Origin: a virus
Taxonomy: Duplodnaviria; Caudoviricetes
IMG/VR virus record: IMGVR_UViG_3300033121_000493
Coordinates: 138,583-202,582 of that record
Length of the DNA: 64,000 nt
Direction: 5' to 3' (one strand)
Shown here one piece after another: positions 30,516 to 39,837 of the stretch. The notes under the pieces are model-generated. The model searched no databases, was not told the DNA's origin, and saw nothing but the letters and a program-made list of their open reading frames with translations. Position 1 is the first letter of the stretch. The number at the start of each line of letters is the position of its first letter. The translations under genes were made by a program, and so were the position numbers.

Positions 30516-31928
30516 CTACTCCACTACCGGTCCAATAGCGCCGTCACGTGCACTACGACCGTAGTCATTGTCTTCTTGTCGCATAAACGCACCAGTTGTT
30601 TCATTTTCCGTAAAACCTTCTGCTACGTCAACGCGGCATTTCCATCCGGCTACGTGCACGTGAATAGCTCGCGGCTGTGTCGTACGGCTACATGACAGAT
30701 TCAACCACGCAATATTATCTTCTGCGTTTCGTACGCCTAGCGCAGTTACGTCATGAAAATACTGAGGTAGCAACTTACATTCTGCTGCATCCATATGCGT
30801 AGGCTGCCGCAACGGATCTTTATTACCCTTAGCGTCCATCTGGTGAGCCATGATACCGGCAACATCGCACGCAGCTATAGTCTCAACAAAAGACTTAGAC
30901 GCGTCGAGAATAAAATGTCGCATCTGCGTCTTGTCAGCGCCTTGCGCTGCCATATGGCTTGTTACCATAGGATACAAGTGATCGACTATTACTAACTTAC
31001 CTAGTCTACCGGCTTCATGTAACGACATAAGACATTGCTGTAATTCAGCCGGACCACCATGTCCTTGACCGCGCGTACCAGACATATCCACAAAATTGAT
31101 TCTTTGATTAACATACGTTGCTGCTACTTGTAAGTCTTTTTGTATCACAGCAGGCATATCAGAAAATTTCTTACCGTTTAAATCGTCCAACTTATACTTA
31201 TTCATAAACGATACGTACATCTTTGGAATTTGCTGAGCAGCTGGCTCTTCGTACGATACAAACGTTGCCCTGTTTTCCGGCGACATCTTGATAAAATCAG
31301 TTATTATGCTATGGGCTAGTGACGTTTTTCCGCCTTTCATTGGGCCAAGTAAACATATAGATTCTTTAAACCGTATACCGCCCATTAACTTATCGACAGG
31401 GCGATTCCCGGTCATAGTTCTAGCGCGTTCAGCAAACAGGTCTAAGCCCAGCGACGACAGGTCTTCAACCATTACCGAAGACACAATAGTGCGTTTAGCA
31501 ACTTTAGATATGTCATCAAGTAACTGCGTATAGTTTCCGCCGCTAAATGCAACGCTGTTTAATTTAGGCGTAAGTTGTCGCTCTATTAAAAATTCGCGAA
31601 GCCAATCAGCTACAAAATTGTAGCCAATAGATTCTTTTGGGTACGAGTAGATAGTAGCTAACGCCGTAGCTAGAACTTCAACGGTTACGCCGCTTTGTGG
31701 AAACTCTTCATTGATTATTTTACCTACTTCAGCGCCAAATACTTCTACTGGAACTATTTGGCTATGTTTAGCAAAAAGTGTTCTGGATACACGCCAGAAC
31801 ACTAACGGCAACGTTTCATTCGTAGCATCAAAGAGGTAGTCTTCAAGCTTGCCCGCTGCTGCCCGAATAGTTGCCGGGTCACGGACAAGATGAATGACCA
31901 GCACCCTCATCTGCTCTGCTGTTAGCAT
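30516..31928 (-). CDS. DnaB-like replicative helicase
   Basis: GPMKGGKT Walker A, SYEE, VIVDH; adjacent to primase. Confidence 0.85.
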   Translation of the reverse strand: MLTAEQMRVLVIHLVRDPATIRAAAGKLEDYLFDATNETLPLVFWRVSRTLFAKHSQIVPVEVFGAEVGKIINEEFPQSGVTVEVLATALATIYSYPKESIGYNFVADWLREFLIERQLTPKLNSVAFSGGNYTQLLDDISKVAKRTIVSSVMVEDLSSLGLDLFAERARTMTGNRPVDKLMGGIRFKESICLLGPMKGGKTSLAHSIITDFIKMSPENRATFVSYEEPAAQQIPKMYVSFMNKYKLDDLNGKKFSDMPAVIQKDLQVAATYVNQRINFVDMSGTRGQGHGGPAELQQCLMSLHEAGRLGKLVIVDHLYPMVTSHMAAQGADKTQMRHFILDASKSFVETIAACDVAGIMAHQMDAKGNKDPLRQPTHMDAAECKLLPQYFHDVTALGVRNAEDNIAWLNLSCSRTTQPRAIHVHVAGWKCRVDVAEGFTENETTGAFMRQEDNDYGRSARDGAIGPVVE

Positions 31929-32571
31929 GCTGGGAGACTCCAGATAAAACGCCAGGAAAAACAGTATTTAGTGGTTTTACGTAGCCAGGATTAGTAGCAA
32001 GTTCTACTTTGGCACGTTCAAAAAATTTATTAGCTACGTCTGACAATCCAGCCCGCATAGCCGCGCAGTAGCGAAACAGCGGAGATAACGAATTACCGGT
32101 GTCCAGCAATACTTCAGCCGGGTCTCGGCCAATCGCCAAAAGTCCGGCCAAATGCGCAGCCTGTGAATGAATGTCAAAAATGTAGTCTACAGCTAGATTT
32201 TTTACATATGTTTGCGTCCTATGTACTGCAACCGGCCCTAGTAACATGTACGGGTACGGGTTGCGAACTTGAGTCAATAGAGCCCTTACATGTAAATCGT
32301 AAGGAAGACCATTAGCTACACACAAGTCCGCCGCACTACGCCAAACGTGCTCGTGGTTTTTACTAGGGCGATAATGAGCGTAAGATCCACCGCGTGCCTG
32401 CATAGTCGTCGTATACAGGCGCTTGATTTTTAAAGCTAGGTCTTCCAGCTCAAGTGGTGATAACGCCTTGCGGTGTTCTGTATTCAATATTCCACCCTTT
32501 AGCCGAATAGCTTCTAATTCTATCTTTGGATCTGCGTGCAAATCTATCGTCAAACTTATCGATGAAATCAA
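31879..32571 (-). CDS. Hypothetical replication-module protein (start probably downstream)
   Basis: Lies between the SF2 helicase and DnaB. Confidence 0.5.
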   Translation of the reverse strand: MISSISLTIDLHADPKIELEAIRLKGGILNTEHRKALSPLELEDLALKIKRLYTTTMQARGGSYAHYRPSKNHEHVWRSAADLCVANGLPYDLHVRALLTQVRNPYPYMLLGPVAVHRTQTYVKNLAVDYIFDIHSQAAHLAGLLAIGRDPAEVLLDTGNSLSPLFRYCAAMRAGLSDVANKFFERAKVELATNPGYVKPLNTVFPGVLSGVSQHANSRADEGAGHSSCP

Positions 32572-33940
32572 CTAATAGGCCATATTTACCTCGCGCTAAA
32601 CGGCCTGGGATTTGAGTACTAGGAATCTCAGACGCCATAGCGTCGCAGCGAATTAGCACATCTAAATGTTTAAAGTCAACGCCCTGAGACCAAACGCCCG
32701 TGGCTATAGCCGTACGCAGCGCTCCGCGTTCAAAATTCTTACGATGCGTTTCTCGGCTTTTCTGATCGCATAGTACACGATCACCGGCCGGTAGTAAGCC
32801 TATATTCTTAAAATACGTTATTTGTTCATCGTCAACAGGGCCATGCACTATTTGCCACGTAGGTAGCAGCATTTTTAGTCTAAGCAGATGCTCTACCTTC
32901 GATGTAATGATAAGTACCTGCTTACCTTCAAGTTCATATTTTAGTGCTAATTTAGCTGCAAGACGGTTTCTAGGCTCGTTCGCCCAAATTCCAAATCGCT
33001 CTCGCAGCGTATCATCGTCGTACGGTATAGGGTCACCAGTTACAGTATACAAATGTACGTCGATAGAGGCAACGTTGCCTTCCGCCTGTGCCTGTGCGTA
33101 CGTAATATCACAGATAGTAGGACCGAACATCGCTTCAGTTGCTAAATTAGACCCATCTGAACGTCCGGCTGGACTAGCAGAAAACCCAAACCGTCTGGCG
33201 TTTCGAACAGCCTGAATTTTTACGGATCTACCAGGCGACGCGGCTTCGTGTACTTCGTCGTAAATAAACAACGCACATTTTTCTGGCGAAGTGCTATGGA
33301 GAGAATCTACCGTGCATACAGTCACGCGGCGCGATTCACCTTTACCGCCGCAACGTAAGCCTACCTGATGTGACGGTACAACACTTTTAACGCGCTCATA
33401 TATCGACTTAACGACGTCTGTTCTATAACTTGTGATAGTAATAGGAATCGTAGGGTAGACCGCAGCAACTTGGCATATCAAAAAAGTTTTACCCCACGCA
33501 GTAGGACAACTTATGACGCCCATATCGTGGGATAATATTGCCTGCAACGCCTGCAACTGATCAGGGCGGTTAGCTAGCGCTGCGTGGTCAAGTAATTCCA
33601 GTTTAGGCGCTGGAAATACCAAATTACGTAAATCTTGAAAATCAAACTTGACGTTTATCTTGGTCAGAAGATCAACAAACCGTTTAGTAAGTCCTGCCGG
33701 AAACAGAATTACCTTTTGACCGTCATTTAAAGTGTTGAGCTGAGATAGCTTATGAGTTTCTACGACATACTTTTTACCGCCATTAACTTGTTTTGTTTTC
33801 CAGTCGGCCCTAACGCGCTTACTATAGCGTAGCAGCGCGTCTACAGTAGGATAGATGGTAGAAGCGCAGAGGCCATTTTGGCCCCGCGCTTCTACCAAAA
33901 ATCCTGAACGGCGTAGCAAAATATTATTCATATGTACCAC
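32450..33940 (-). CDS. SF2 DExH helicase (UvsW/XPB-like)
   Basis: PTAWGKT, YDEVH, FSASP, QGVD, QIPGRLAR. Confidence 0.9.
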   Translation of the reverse strand: MVHMNNILLRRSGFLVEARGQNGLCASTIYPTVDALLRYSKRVRADWKTKQVNGGKKYVVETHKLSQLNTLNDGQKVILFPAGLTKRFVDLLTKINVKFDFQDLRNLVFPAPKLELLDHAALANRPDQLQALQAILSHDMGVISCPTAWGKTFLICQVAAVYPTIPITITSYRTDVVKSIYERVKSVVPSHQVGLRCGGKGESRRVTVCTVDSLHSTSPEKCALFIYDEVHEAASPGRSVKIQAVRNARRFGFSASPAGRSDGSNLATEAMFGPTICDITYAQAQAEGNVASIDVHLYTVTGDPIPYDDDTLRERFGIWANEPRNRLAAKLALKYELEGKQVLIITSKVEHLLRLKMLLPTWQIVHGPVDDEQITYFKNIGLLPAGDRVLCDQKSRETHRKNFERGALRTAIATGVWSQGVDFKHLDVLIRCDAMASEIPSTQIPGRLARGKYGLLVDFIDKFDDRFARRSKDRIRSYSAKGWNIEYRTPQGVITT

Positions 33941-33950
33941 GATTAGAACA

Positions 33951-34967
33951 TTACGACACGGCGGCGTTGTAAGCCGTTTTGGCTACTGCGCGTTCTGCAG
34001 CAAAAAATCGAGTTTCGTTCATCGGAGCAATACTGTTACCCGAGTACATATAGTCCATCCATGACAAATAGATAAAGTTCAAAAGATGGATACCGTACTT
34101 AAACATTGCCGCAACAACAGCATCGTACGGAGCTACACCCTCAGCTTGTAACTTTTGGGCATGCCGTAACGCGTAACGCGCAAAATAGAAACTAGGGTCT
34201 ATAGCAGATGCAAACGACAAACCTTTCAGCGAATCGTGCCACATTTTCAAAATCGCCATCCACAATCCACGCTCAGGCGATTCTAGCATGACAGCTGAGT
34301 CTGCGTCTACGTCATTGTTGGTTAACTCATCAGCAACAACGATACAAGCTTTACAAAATTTTGTTGTCGTGCGTGGACTACTTTTATCAAGGTACCACAT
34401 AGGGTCAACAAAATTTTGAATTATGCTAGCTACCGTTAGAGGATTTATACCGTGAATCCAAGACACACGTTTCCACAGTCCGTGGTTAGACGTGGCGACA
34501 ATTGCGTTAGTTATCTCTTTCTGCATACCGTTTTGCGCGGCCGCTAATATACTAGGAGTTAACGGTCGCCCATTTGACGTAGCAGACGCTATAAAAGCCT
34601 TATACTTATCAGAGCACGCTTTAGCGGTAAGAAGTACACGCGCATTCAGCACGTCAGTCTCAGACGCTTCTTTAAACCCGCCTAAATTTGTGGCAACCGG
34701 CTCAAACCAGGCTGCACGGATTGCATTATTGGCTTCTTCAAACGTAGTCGGAGGACTGTCTGTTGGAAAGACTACATAAACTCCAGTATCAAAATCATTT
34801 GTTTCGTAGAGCGCGTGCCAAATATCAATCAGTAAATTCGCGTTATTCGCTGTAGGAATAATGACATGCATTTTCTCTAACGTATGGATCTTACTGTACG
34901 AAGTCTTAAAAGTATCTATATGTGTTTTGCCGGTGTTGTCGACAAAATGATGCGTGATTTCTGGCAT
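33951..34967 (-). CDS. IS110/TIGR-Tas-like protein (degenerate RuvC-like N-terminus plus Nop-like C-terminus), predicted catalytically inactive
   Basis: HGLWKRVSWIHGINPLTVASIIQNFVDP resembles the IS110/Tas hairpin motif; C-terminal AAMFKYGIHLLNFIYLSW; N-terminal HHFVDNTGK, VYVVFP, ETDVLNARVL. Confidence 0.55.
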   Translation of the reverse strand: MPEITHHFVDNTGKTHIDTFKTSYSKIHTLEKMHVIIPTANNANLLIDIWHALYETNDFDTGVYVVFPTDSPPTTFEEANNAIRAAWFEPVATNLGGFKEASETDVLNARVLLTAKACSDKYKAFIASATSNGRPLTPSILAAAQNGMQKEITNAIVATSNHGLWKRVSWIHGINPLTVASIIQNFVDPMWYLDKSSPRTTTKFCKACIVVADELTNNDVDADSAVMLESPERGLWMAILKMWHDSLKGLSFASAIDPSFYFARYALRHAQKLQAEGVAPYDAVVAAMFKYGIHLLNFIYLSWMDYMYSGNSIAPMNETRFFAAERAVAKTAYNAAVS

Positions 34968-37213
34968 TAAACCTTTGCCTCTTTGCCGCCATTTAACACA
35001 ATGGTTTGATCAAAAGCTGTGCGTAACTGGGGCAAATGCGTAATAATGAATATTTGCATCCCTGAATTCATAGCGTAACTTTGAATATACGTTAAAACGT
35101 CCAATAAATGTTGCTTGTTATCCTCATCCAGTGCGTCAGTTGGTTCATCAAGCGCCATCATACCAAAATTACTAGCAAACGTCTCGTTGATTGCCAGTAA
35201 CAGACTTAGAGAGAATCGCACTTTCTCGCCGCCAGACAGTGAAATCGCGTCTCTAACTGTGCTGTCGTCAAACGTGCATTTGAACGAGTAGCCATCTTCA
35301 TTAAGGCTAGCTGTAGCTGTAAACCTAGACTGCATCAGAGTTAAAAAGTACCTAAGCTTTGAATCAATCAAGTCTAACTTAGCCGTAGCCAGAACTTTAG
35401 GTAACGCGTCTCTGTGAAACACGTCACGCGCATCTGTAAATAGCTGACGCGCAAATTTACATTTAGCCGCACGCTTACTCAGCTCGTTAACGCGCGCGAG
35501 TTGAGCCGTCAACGTGGTTAGACGTAGCTGTAGCGCGCTATGCTGCTCTTCCAATCGAGCAAGTGCTATACGCGCCGCTGAGTTTTTTTGCAATAAATCT
35601 TGACAATTAGAAATGTACTGAGCGGATAATCTCCCAATATCGCCTAGCTTATTTATATCAATTTGGCACGTTTCATATTCTGCAGCCACAGCAATAGCGT
35701 GCGATTTCGCGGTATTAAGCTTTGTACTGAGCGCGTTTAGACGTATACGCTCAGAATTACACTGGCTTTTAATAGTAACGTAGGCGTCAGTTATACCTTT
35801 GTAAACGGCAACGTCTACATTAGCAAACTCGCTTAATTTAGCAGAAGCTGCGCTGAATTCGGCAGCCTGCTCTGAGTAAAACTGCGCTCGCTGCTTAAAC
35901 ATTGCAGCTTTGGCGTTGTACTCAGCAACTGCAATATTGTACTCCGTAACCGCTACATTATACTGTCGCTGTTTTGATAGCAGCGCGTCAAATTTAGGCT
36001 GCAAATCAGCAATTGCGGCTTTATGGTTTGTCACGTGCGTAGCTACGTCTGGAACTTCCTGGTCGCACGTAGGGCATTTGACAACACTACCAAGCGTATA
36101 CTTACTGTAGGCTGCCAGCGCAGTTGTATGCCCTCTAAGTTCGGTATCCAACTGCGTAAGCAATGCTGCGTCTTCTGGTGTCCACGTCAACGTAACCGGG
36201 CTAGGCACTTTTGTGCTGTGAGCCGTGTACTCAGTCTGAAAAGCTACAACTTGCTTTTTAAGCTCTTCAATCCGTGTATTGATTTTTGCGTACTCAGCGG
36301 CACCATTTAACTTAGTTTCAGCGTCAGCTGCCGCAGCGGCGTAAGACGTCACCTGGTTTGATATTTCATCAATTGCCTTAACTGTGACTGCAACTTCAGC
36401 TTCGGCCTGAGTAACCGCAGTATTCGCTGCGGCTAATTTAGTACTGAGCTCAATGTTGCGTTCGCGTAATACTGTGTTTTTGTTAAATAAGTCAATGTCA
36501 GCCAACAACGCGTCGCGGTCAATAGTCGCTACTTCAGCCTGCTGCGCTCGTATAGCTGTTACTAAGTCTGTTAACTGTAAGTTACACGCGGTAATGTCTT
36601 TAGATAACTGTTCAGCGCTGTCCGTTAGCTGTACGGTAGGTATTGTTGTTACATGGTTACCAAGTAGTGTCCAAATAGATTCGTATTTATCTAGCCCTAA
36701 TAGCCCATGCATTAATTTAGTTCGCGAAGCTGGGTCGCTGTGAATGATATCGTTAATTTTGCCTTGTTCTATAAACGCGTAACCGCCAAGTGTCGATGGT
36801 ACTGTACCTAGTATTTCAGATAAACGTTTGTCTACATCGTTAACGCCTGTTATTTTTTCGAGCTCTTTTCCGCTAGCTGTAATCGTCAACGTCGCGGATT
36901 GACGAGCGCGTGTATATGTATCATCTTTTTTTACGGCAGTCAAGGTACGCGTTATGGATAACTCTAACCCATCATGAGCTACCTCTAAATGGATAGAGCC
37001 GCTAGAGGCTTTACCGTCTGGAGTATCCCTGACGTAATCAACCAGGTTGGCAAAACGTCTAAAATGCCCCGTTATGCCAGAATAAATAGACTCCAATAAC
37101 GTAGATTTGCCAGAACCGTTATGCCCAACAAACCCAATTATGTTACCGGTTAACTCAAATTTAGCGTCCGTAAACGTACCGATGTTCTTTAAGCGTATAG
37201 ACAATACTCGCAT
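34967..37213 (-). CDS. sbcC: SbcC/Rad50 (gp46-like) ATPase
   Basis: GHNGSGKST, Q-loop EQG, CPTC zinc hook, coiled coils, LSGGE, LDEPT, ITH. Confidence 0.95.
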   Translation of the reverse strand: MRVLSIRLKNIGTFTDAKFELTGNIIGFVGHNGSGKSTLLESIYSGITGHFRRFANLVDYVRDTPDGKASSGSIHLEVAHDGLELSITRTLTAVKKDDTYTRARQSATLTITASGKELEKITGVNDVDKRLSEILGTVPSTLGGYAFIEQGKINDIIHSDPASRTKLMHGLLGLDKYESIWTLLGNHVTTIPTVQLTDSAEQLSKDITACNLQLTDLVTAIRAQQAEVATIDRDALLADIDLFNKNTVLRERNIELSTKLAAANTAVTQAEAEVAVTVKAIDEISNQVTSYAAAAADAETKLNGAAEYAKINTRIEELKKQVVAFQTEYTAHSTKVPSPVTLTWTPEDAALLTQLDTELRGHTTALAAYSKYTLGSVVKCPTCDQEVPDVATHVTNHKAAIADLQPKFDALLSKQRQYNVAVTEYNIAVAEYNAKAAMFKQRAQFYSEQAAEFSAASAKLSEFANVDVAVYKGITDAYVTIKSQCNSERIRLNALSTKLNTAKSHAIAVAAEYETCQIDINKLGDIGRLSAQYISNCQDLLQKNSAARIALARLEEQHSALQLRLTTLTAQLARVNELSKRAAKCKFARQLFTDARDVFHRDALPKVLATAKLDLIDSKLRYFLTLMQSRFTATASLNEDGYSFKCTFDDSTVRDAISLSGGEKVRFSLSLLLAINETFASNFGMMALDEPTDALDEDNKQHLLDVLTYIQSYAMNSGMQIFIITHLPQLRTAFDQTIVLNGGKEAKV

Positions 37214-37215
37214 GG

Positions 37216-38379
37216 TTAACCTAGGCTACTTGCGTCTGGGATGTCATTAACATTTCTAAACGACAGCAAATAATCATTTGGCTGGCGAGCACCGGCCAGA
37301 TTACTAACAAATTCGTGTAAATTAGGCGATACAGTCTTATCGACAAACGTATCAATGACGTCTTGCGTGTTTATACCCACAGCTGCTCTAGGTAAATCAC
37401 CGCTGGACGCTCTATCGTGCATAGGCATCATATGGAGATGCACCCTGTTTTTAGCTATTAGAGGGCTTATAGCGCGTTTAACCTCTGCTGGTACTTCAGG
37501 TACCGAGGTACTGAACTTAAGGGCTATAAAAGGCGCGCATAAAGAATCTGGCACCTTTACGCCGTAAGTATCAAACGTGCCACTTATCGACTTTAAACCA
37601 TCTATTAGTTTAGCAATACGATCTGGCAACTGATCGCAGAATGTTAGCAAAGAATCGCGAGTTGTCACAGCAAAACCTATAAACGGACGTGTTACAAGTT
37701 TACGCCGAGACACAGACAACGTGCCTTTAGATTTTTCTACTGTAATAAACGATTTAAGAGTTGGCTCACTGATACTACGCATCGACGAACTACCGGTGTA
37801 AAACCAGTTAACGTCGCCTGTGACGCCTGAATCTGGGTTACCATGATAATCACCAGCCAAAAGTAACTTAGACTGTTTAACCCAGGCAGGATCAAATGTC
37901 CAAGCACCTTCTAGCCCCATTGCTTGTGGAAACAACTGGTGAACGCAGACAATGTCACAGATAGGCGCGCGCGACATAGTAGCTTCAGCTTGATCTCTAG
38001 GTAGGTTATCAAAACCCCATAAAGATACGCCGTCAGCTGCCGTATACGGAGCGACGGAGTCACCGCTCAAATGGGTAACGCTAGCGCTGCAGTGCTTGGC
38101 CAAATCTAGCCACTGAAAATCACCGTATTGGCGGTCATGCTGGCCAACTATGTATACGACGTGTAAGCCACGCAGCTTTTGTAAAACCCAGCCTACGGTT
38201 TCAGCAGGTGGATGCTGTTTATCAAAATTATCACCAAGTAATACTAGAGGTGTAGTTACGGGCTGAGACCTACAAAAAGCCGTAAGCTGCTCAAGCGCGA
38301 ACTCAGAGTCGCCTCGCATGCTTGGGTATGAGCTGTAGATCGTTTCAGACGCGTGTAAATCACCAGCAAAAACTAGCAT
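37216..38379 (-). CDS. sbcD: SbcD/Mre11 (gp47-like) metallophosphoesterase nuclease
   Basis: GDLH, GDNFD, GQHD, HQ, GDYH, YTGS; adjacent to SbcC. Confidence 0.9.
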   Translation of the reverse strand: MLVFAGDLHASETIYSSYPSMRGDSEFALEQLTAFCRSQPVTTPLVLLGDNFDKQHPPAETVGWVLQKLRGLHVVYIVGQHDRQYGDFQWLDLAKHCSASVTHLSGDSVAPYTAADGVSLWGFDNLPRDQAEATMSRAPICDIVCVHQLFPQAMGLEGAWTFDPAWVKQSKLLLAGDYHGNPDSGVTGDVNWFYTGSSSMRSISEPTLKSFITVEKSKGTLSVSRRKLVTRPFIGFAVTTRDSLLTFCDQLPDRIAKLIDGLKSISGTFDTYGVKVPDSLCAPFIALKFSTSVPEVPAEVKRAISPLIAKNRVHLHMMPMHDRASSGDLPRAAVGINTQDVIDTFVDKTVSPNLHEFVSNLAGARQPNDYLLSFRNVNDIPDASSLG

Positions 38380-38391
38380 AGCGCGCTACGC

Positions 38392-38739
38392 CTAAAAATC
38401 ATCGTCATGGAAAGTGTAGTTATCTTCATCAGTTTCATCAGCCCATTCAGTTGAATTGTCAAAATCGTCATCCTCAAAATCGTCCTCATCGTCCTCAAAA
38501 TCGTCATCATCGTCATCATCGTCATCAAAATCTGCATCGTCATCAAAATCTTCGATGTCGTCACGGGGGTCTGGTTTGTTTGGATGCATTGGATGCTCGC
38601 GAGGATCGTACTCGCCTCTGTTTAAAGGTGTGGCGTCAAATGGTGAAATATCATTATCAAATTCACTGCTATGTGGGATGTCAGAATTAAGCATAAAACG
38701 AAACGCTCCTGGGGCGCTCCCTTGGAAAGTGCATCGCAC
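38392..38739 (-). CDS. Highly acidic small protein (DNA-mimic candidate)
   Basis: C-terminal half almost entirely D/E/F. Confidence 0.55.
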   Translation of the reverse strand: MRCTFQGSAPGAFRFMLNSDIPHSSEFDNDISPFDATPLNRGEYDPREHPMHPNKPDPRDDIEDFDDDADFDDDDDDDDDFEDDEDDFEDDDFDNSTEWADETDEDNYTFHDDDF

Positions 38740-38762
38740 GTTTTTGGTTTACGCACTGCATA

Positions 38763-39004
38763 TTACTGAATTTGGATTTAATAGCTAGTACTAAGTTCAA
38801 AGTTTGATGTTAGACCAAAGTACTATGTGAAACGCTGTTTTATAAAATGGCGTTTCAAAATCCAAAATCTAGTAAGTCAACTTATCTAAATATAAACGTG
38901 GCGACAACACCCCCCGTGGGGGTTGTCGCCGTTATTTCGTTATAACTCCCTATGTTTAAAAGATTGTTATTTAAGGGAGTTATAACTGTAACTGGAGTTA
39001 TAAC
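38763..39004. other. Multi-stem structured intergenic element (ncRNA or origin candidate)
   Basis: Five stems and three copies of gttataac; see findings. Confidence 0.65.
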
Positions 39005-39009
39005 AAACT

Positions 39010-39834
39010 TTACTTATTAGAATTTGCTACGGTAGTTAACCGAAGCATCGGTAGTACCTGTAATAGAACGTTTACATATCTAAGTGGCGATTCGTAAAAA
39101 GACTTAGACAAACCAAATTTACTTAATACCTGGTCACCAGGTAATGAAAATCTAGTAGCTTGAAAGTCACTACGTCTATGACTGAGCTTTATTCCTGCCG
39201 CGATAAACTCATGTATGATTTGAAAATTTTCAACGTACACACGGCAGCCAACTAAACATCTGTCGCTTTGGCTACGATACGCTGCTGTAAACTTTTTCTT
39301 AGTAGCTAGTAGTACTTTTTTGACTTGCGCTTTATCGTCATCGAACGTATCGACGTTTACGATATTAGTTTTGTAAACAGCTAGCTCTACGCGAATTGCC
39401 GTATCTATCCACGCTAAGTTTTTAGCGATGGCTACGATTCTTCTGTACTCGCAATTAGGACAAACTCGCAAGTCACAAGACCGGCGTTTATTCCATCTAG
39501 GAGTTGCGACTCCTGCAATACGACAAAGTTTAGCTCTAGTATATGTTTTCTTATTTAGCCCTTCATGCTGCCAGAGATCTACGGCTGGCTGCCACATCTC
39601 ATTATTAACTGTCACAACTTTAGCTGCTAGATCTAGATTACGAGCATGTAGTTCTTCATTGTTAGTGCGATCTGCAAAATTTACTAAGTCATAAGTGTTT
39701 GGCGACCCTTCAGTTAAACTTCCAAACGTCATTTTATGCGCAATTAAGTTGTGTTCATTTTGCCAGACCGCAGCTACGTTATTTGGATCTATAAGTAGTG
39801 GTTTTTGTTTTATTGAATTGATACTCGCCGTCAT
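39010..39834 (-). CDS. Protein with RCR-Rep/IS91-like zinc motif
   Basis: LCR...RSCDLRVCPNCEYRR resembles the CxxRxCPxC motif; no intact HUH seen. Confidence 0.45.
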   Translation of the reverse strand: MTASINSIKQKPLLIDPNNVAAVWQNEHNLIAHKMTFGSLTEGSPNTYDLVNFADRTNNEELHARNLDLAAKVVTVNNEMWQPAVDLWQHEGLNKKTYTRAKLCRIAGVATPRWNKRRSCDLRVCPNCEYRRIVAIAKNLAWIDTAIRVELAVYKTNIVNVDTFDDDKAQVKKVLLATKKKFTAAYRSQSDRCLVGCRVYVENFQIIHEFIAAGIKLSHRRSDFQATRFSLPGDQVLSKFGLSKSFYESPLRYVNVLLQVLPMLRLTTVANSNK

Positions 39835-39837
39835 GAC

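Noticed and set aside
33900-35000. TIGR array or IS110 ends next to the Tas-like gene
   Set aside because: The gene abuts coding sequence on both sides; no periodic ~36-nt repeats seen by eye here or in other gaps
38451-38788. + strand Ser-rich and His/Arg-rich ORFs; tca/tcg microsatellite
   Set aside because: By-products of the poly-Asp codons on the minus strand
38763-38875. Hammerhead ribozyme at the three-way junction
   Set aside because: No CUGANGA core on either strand
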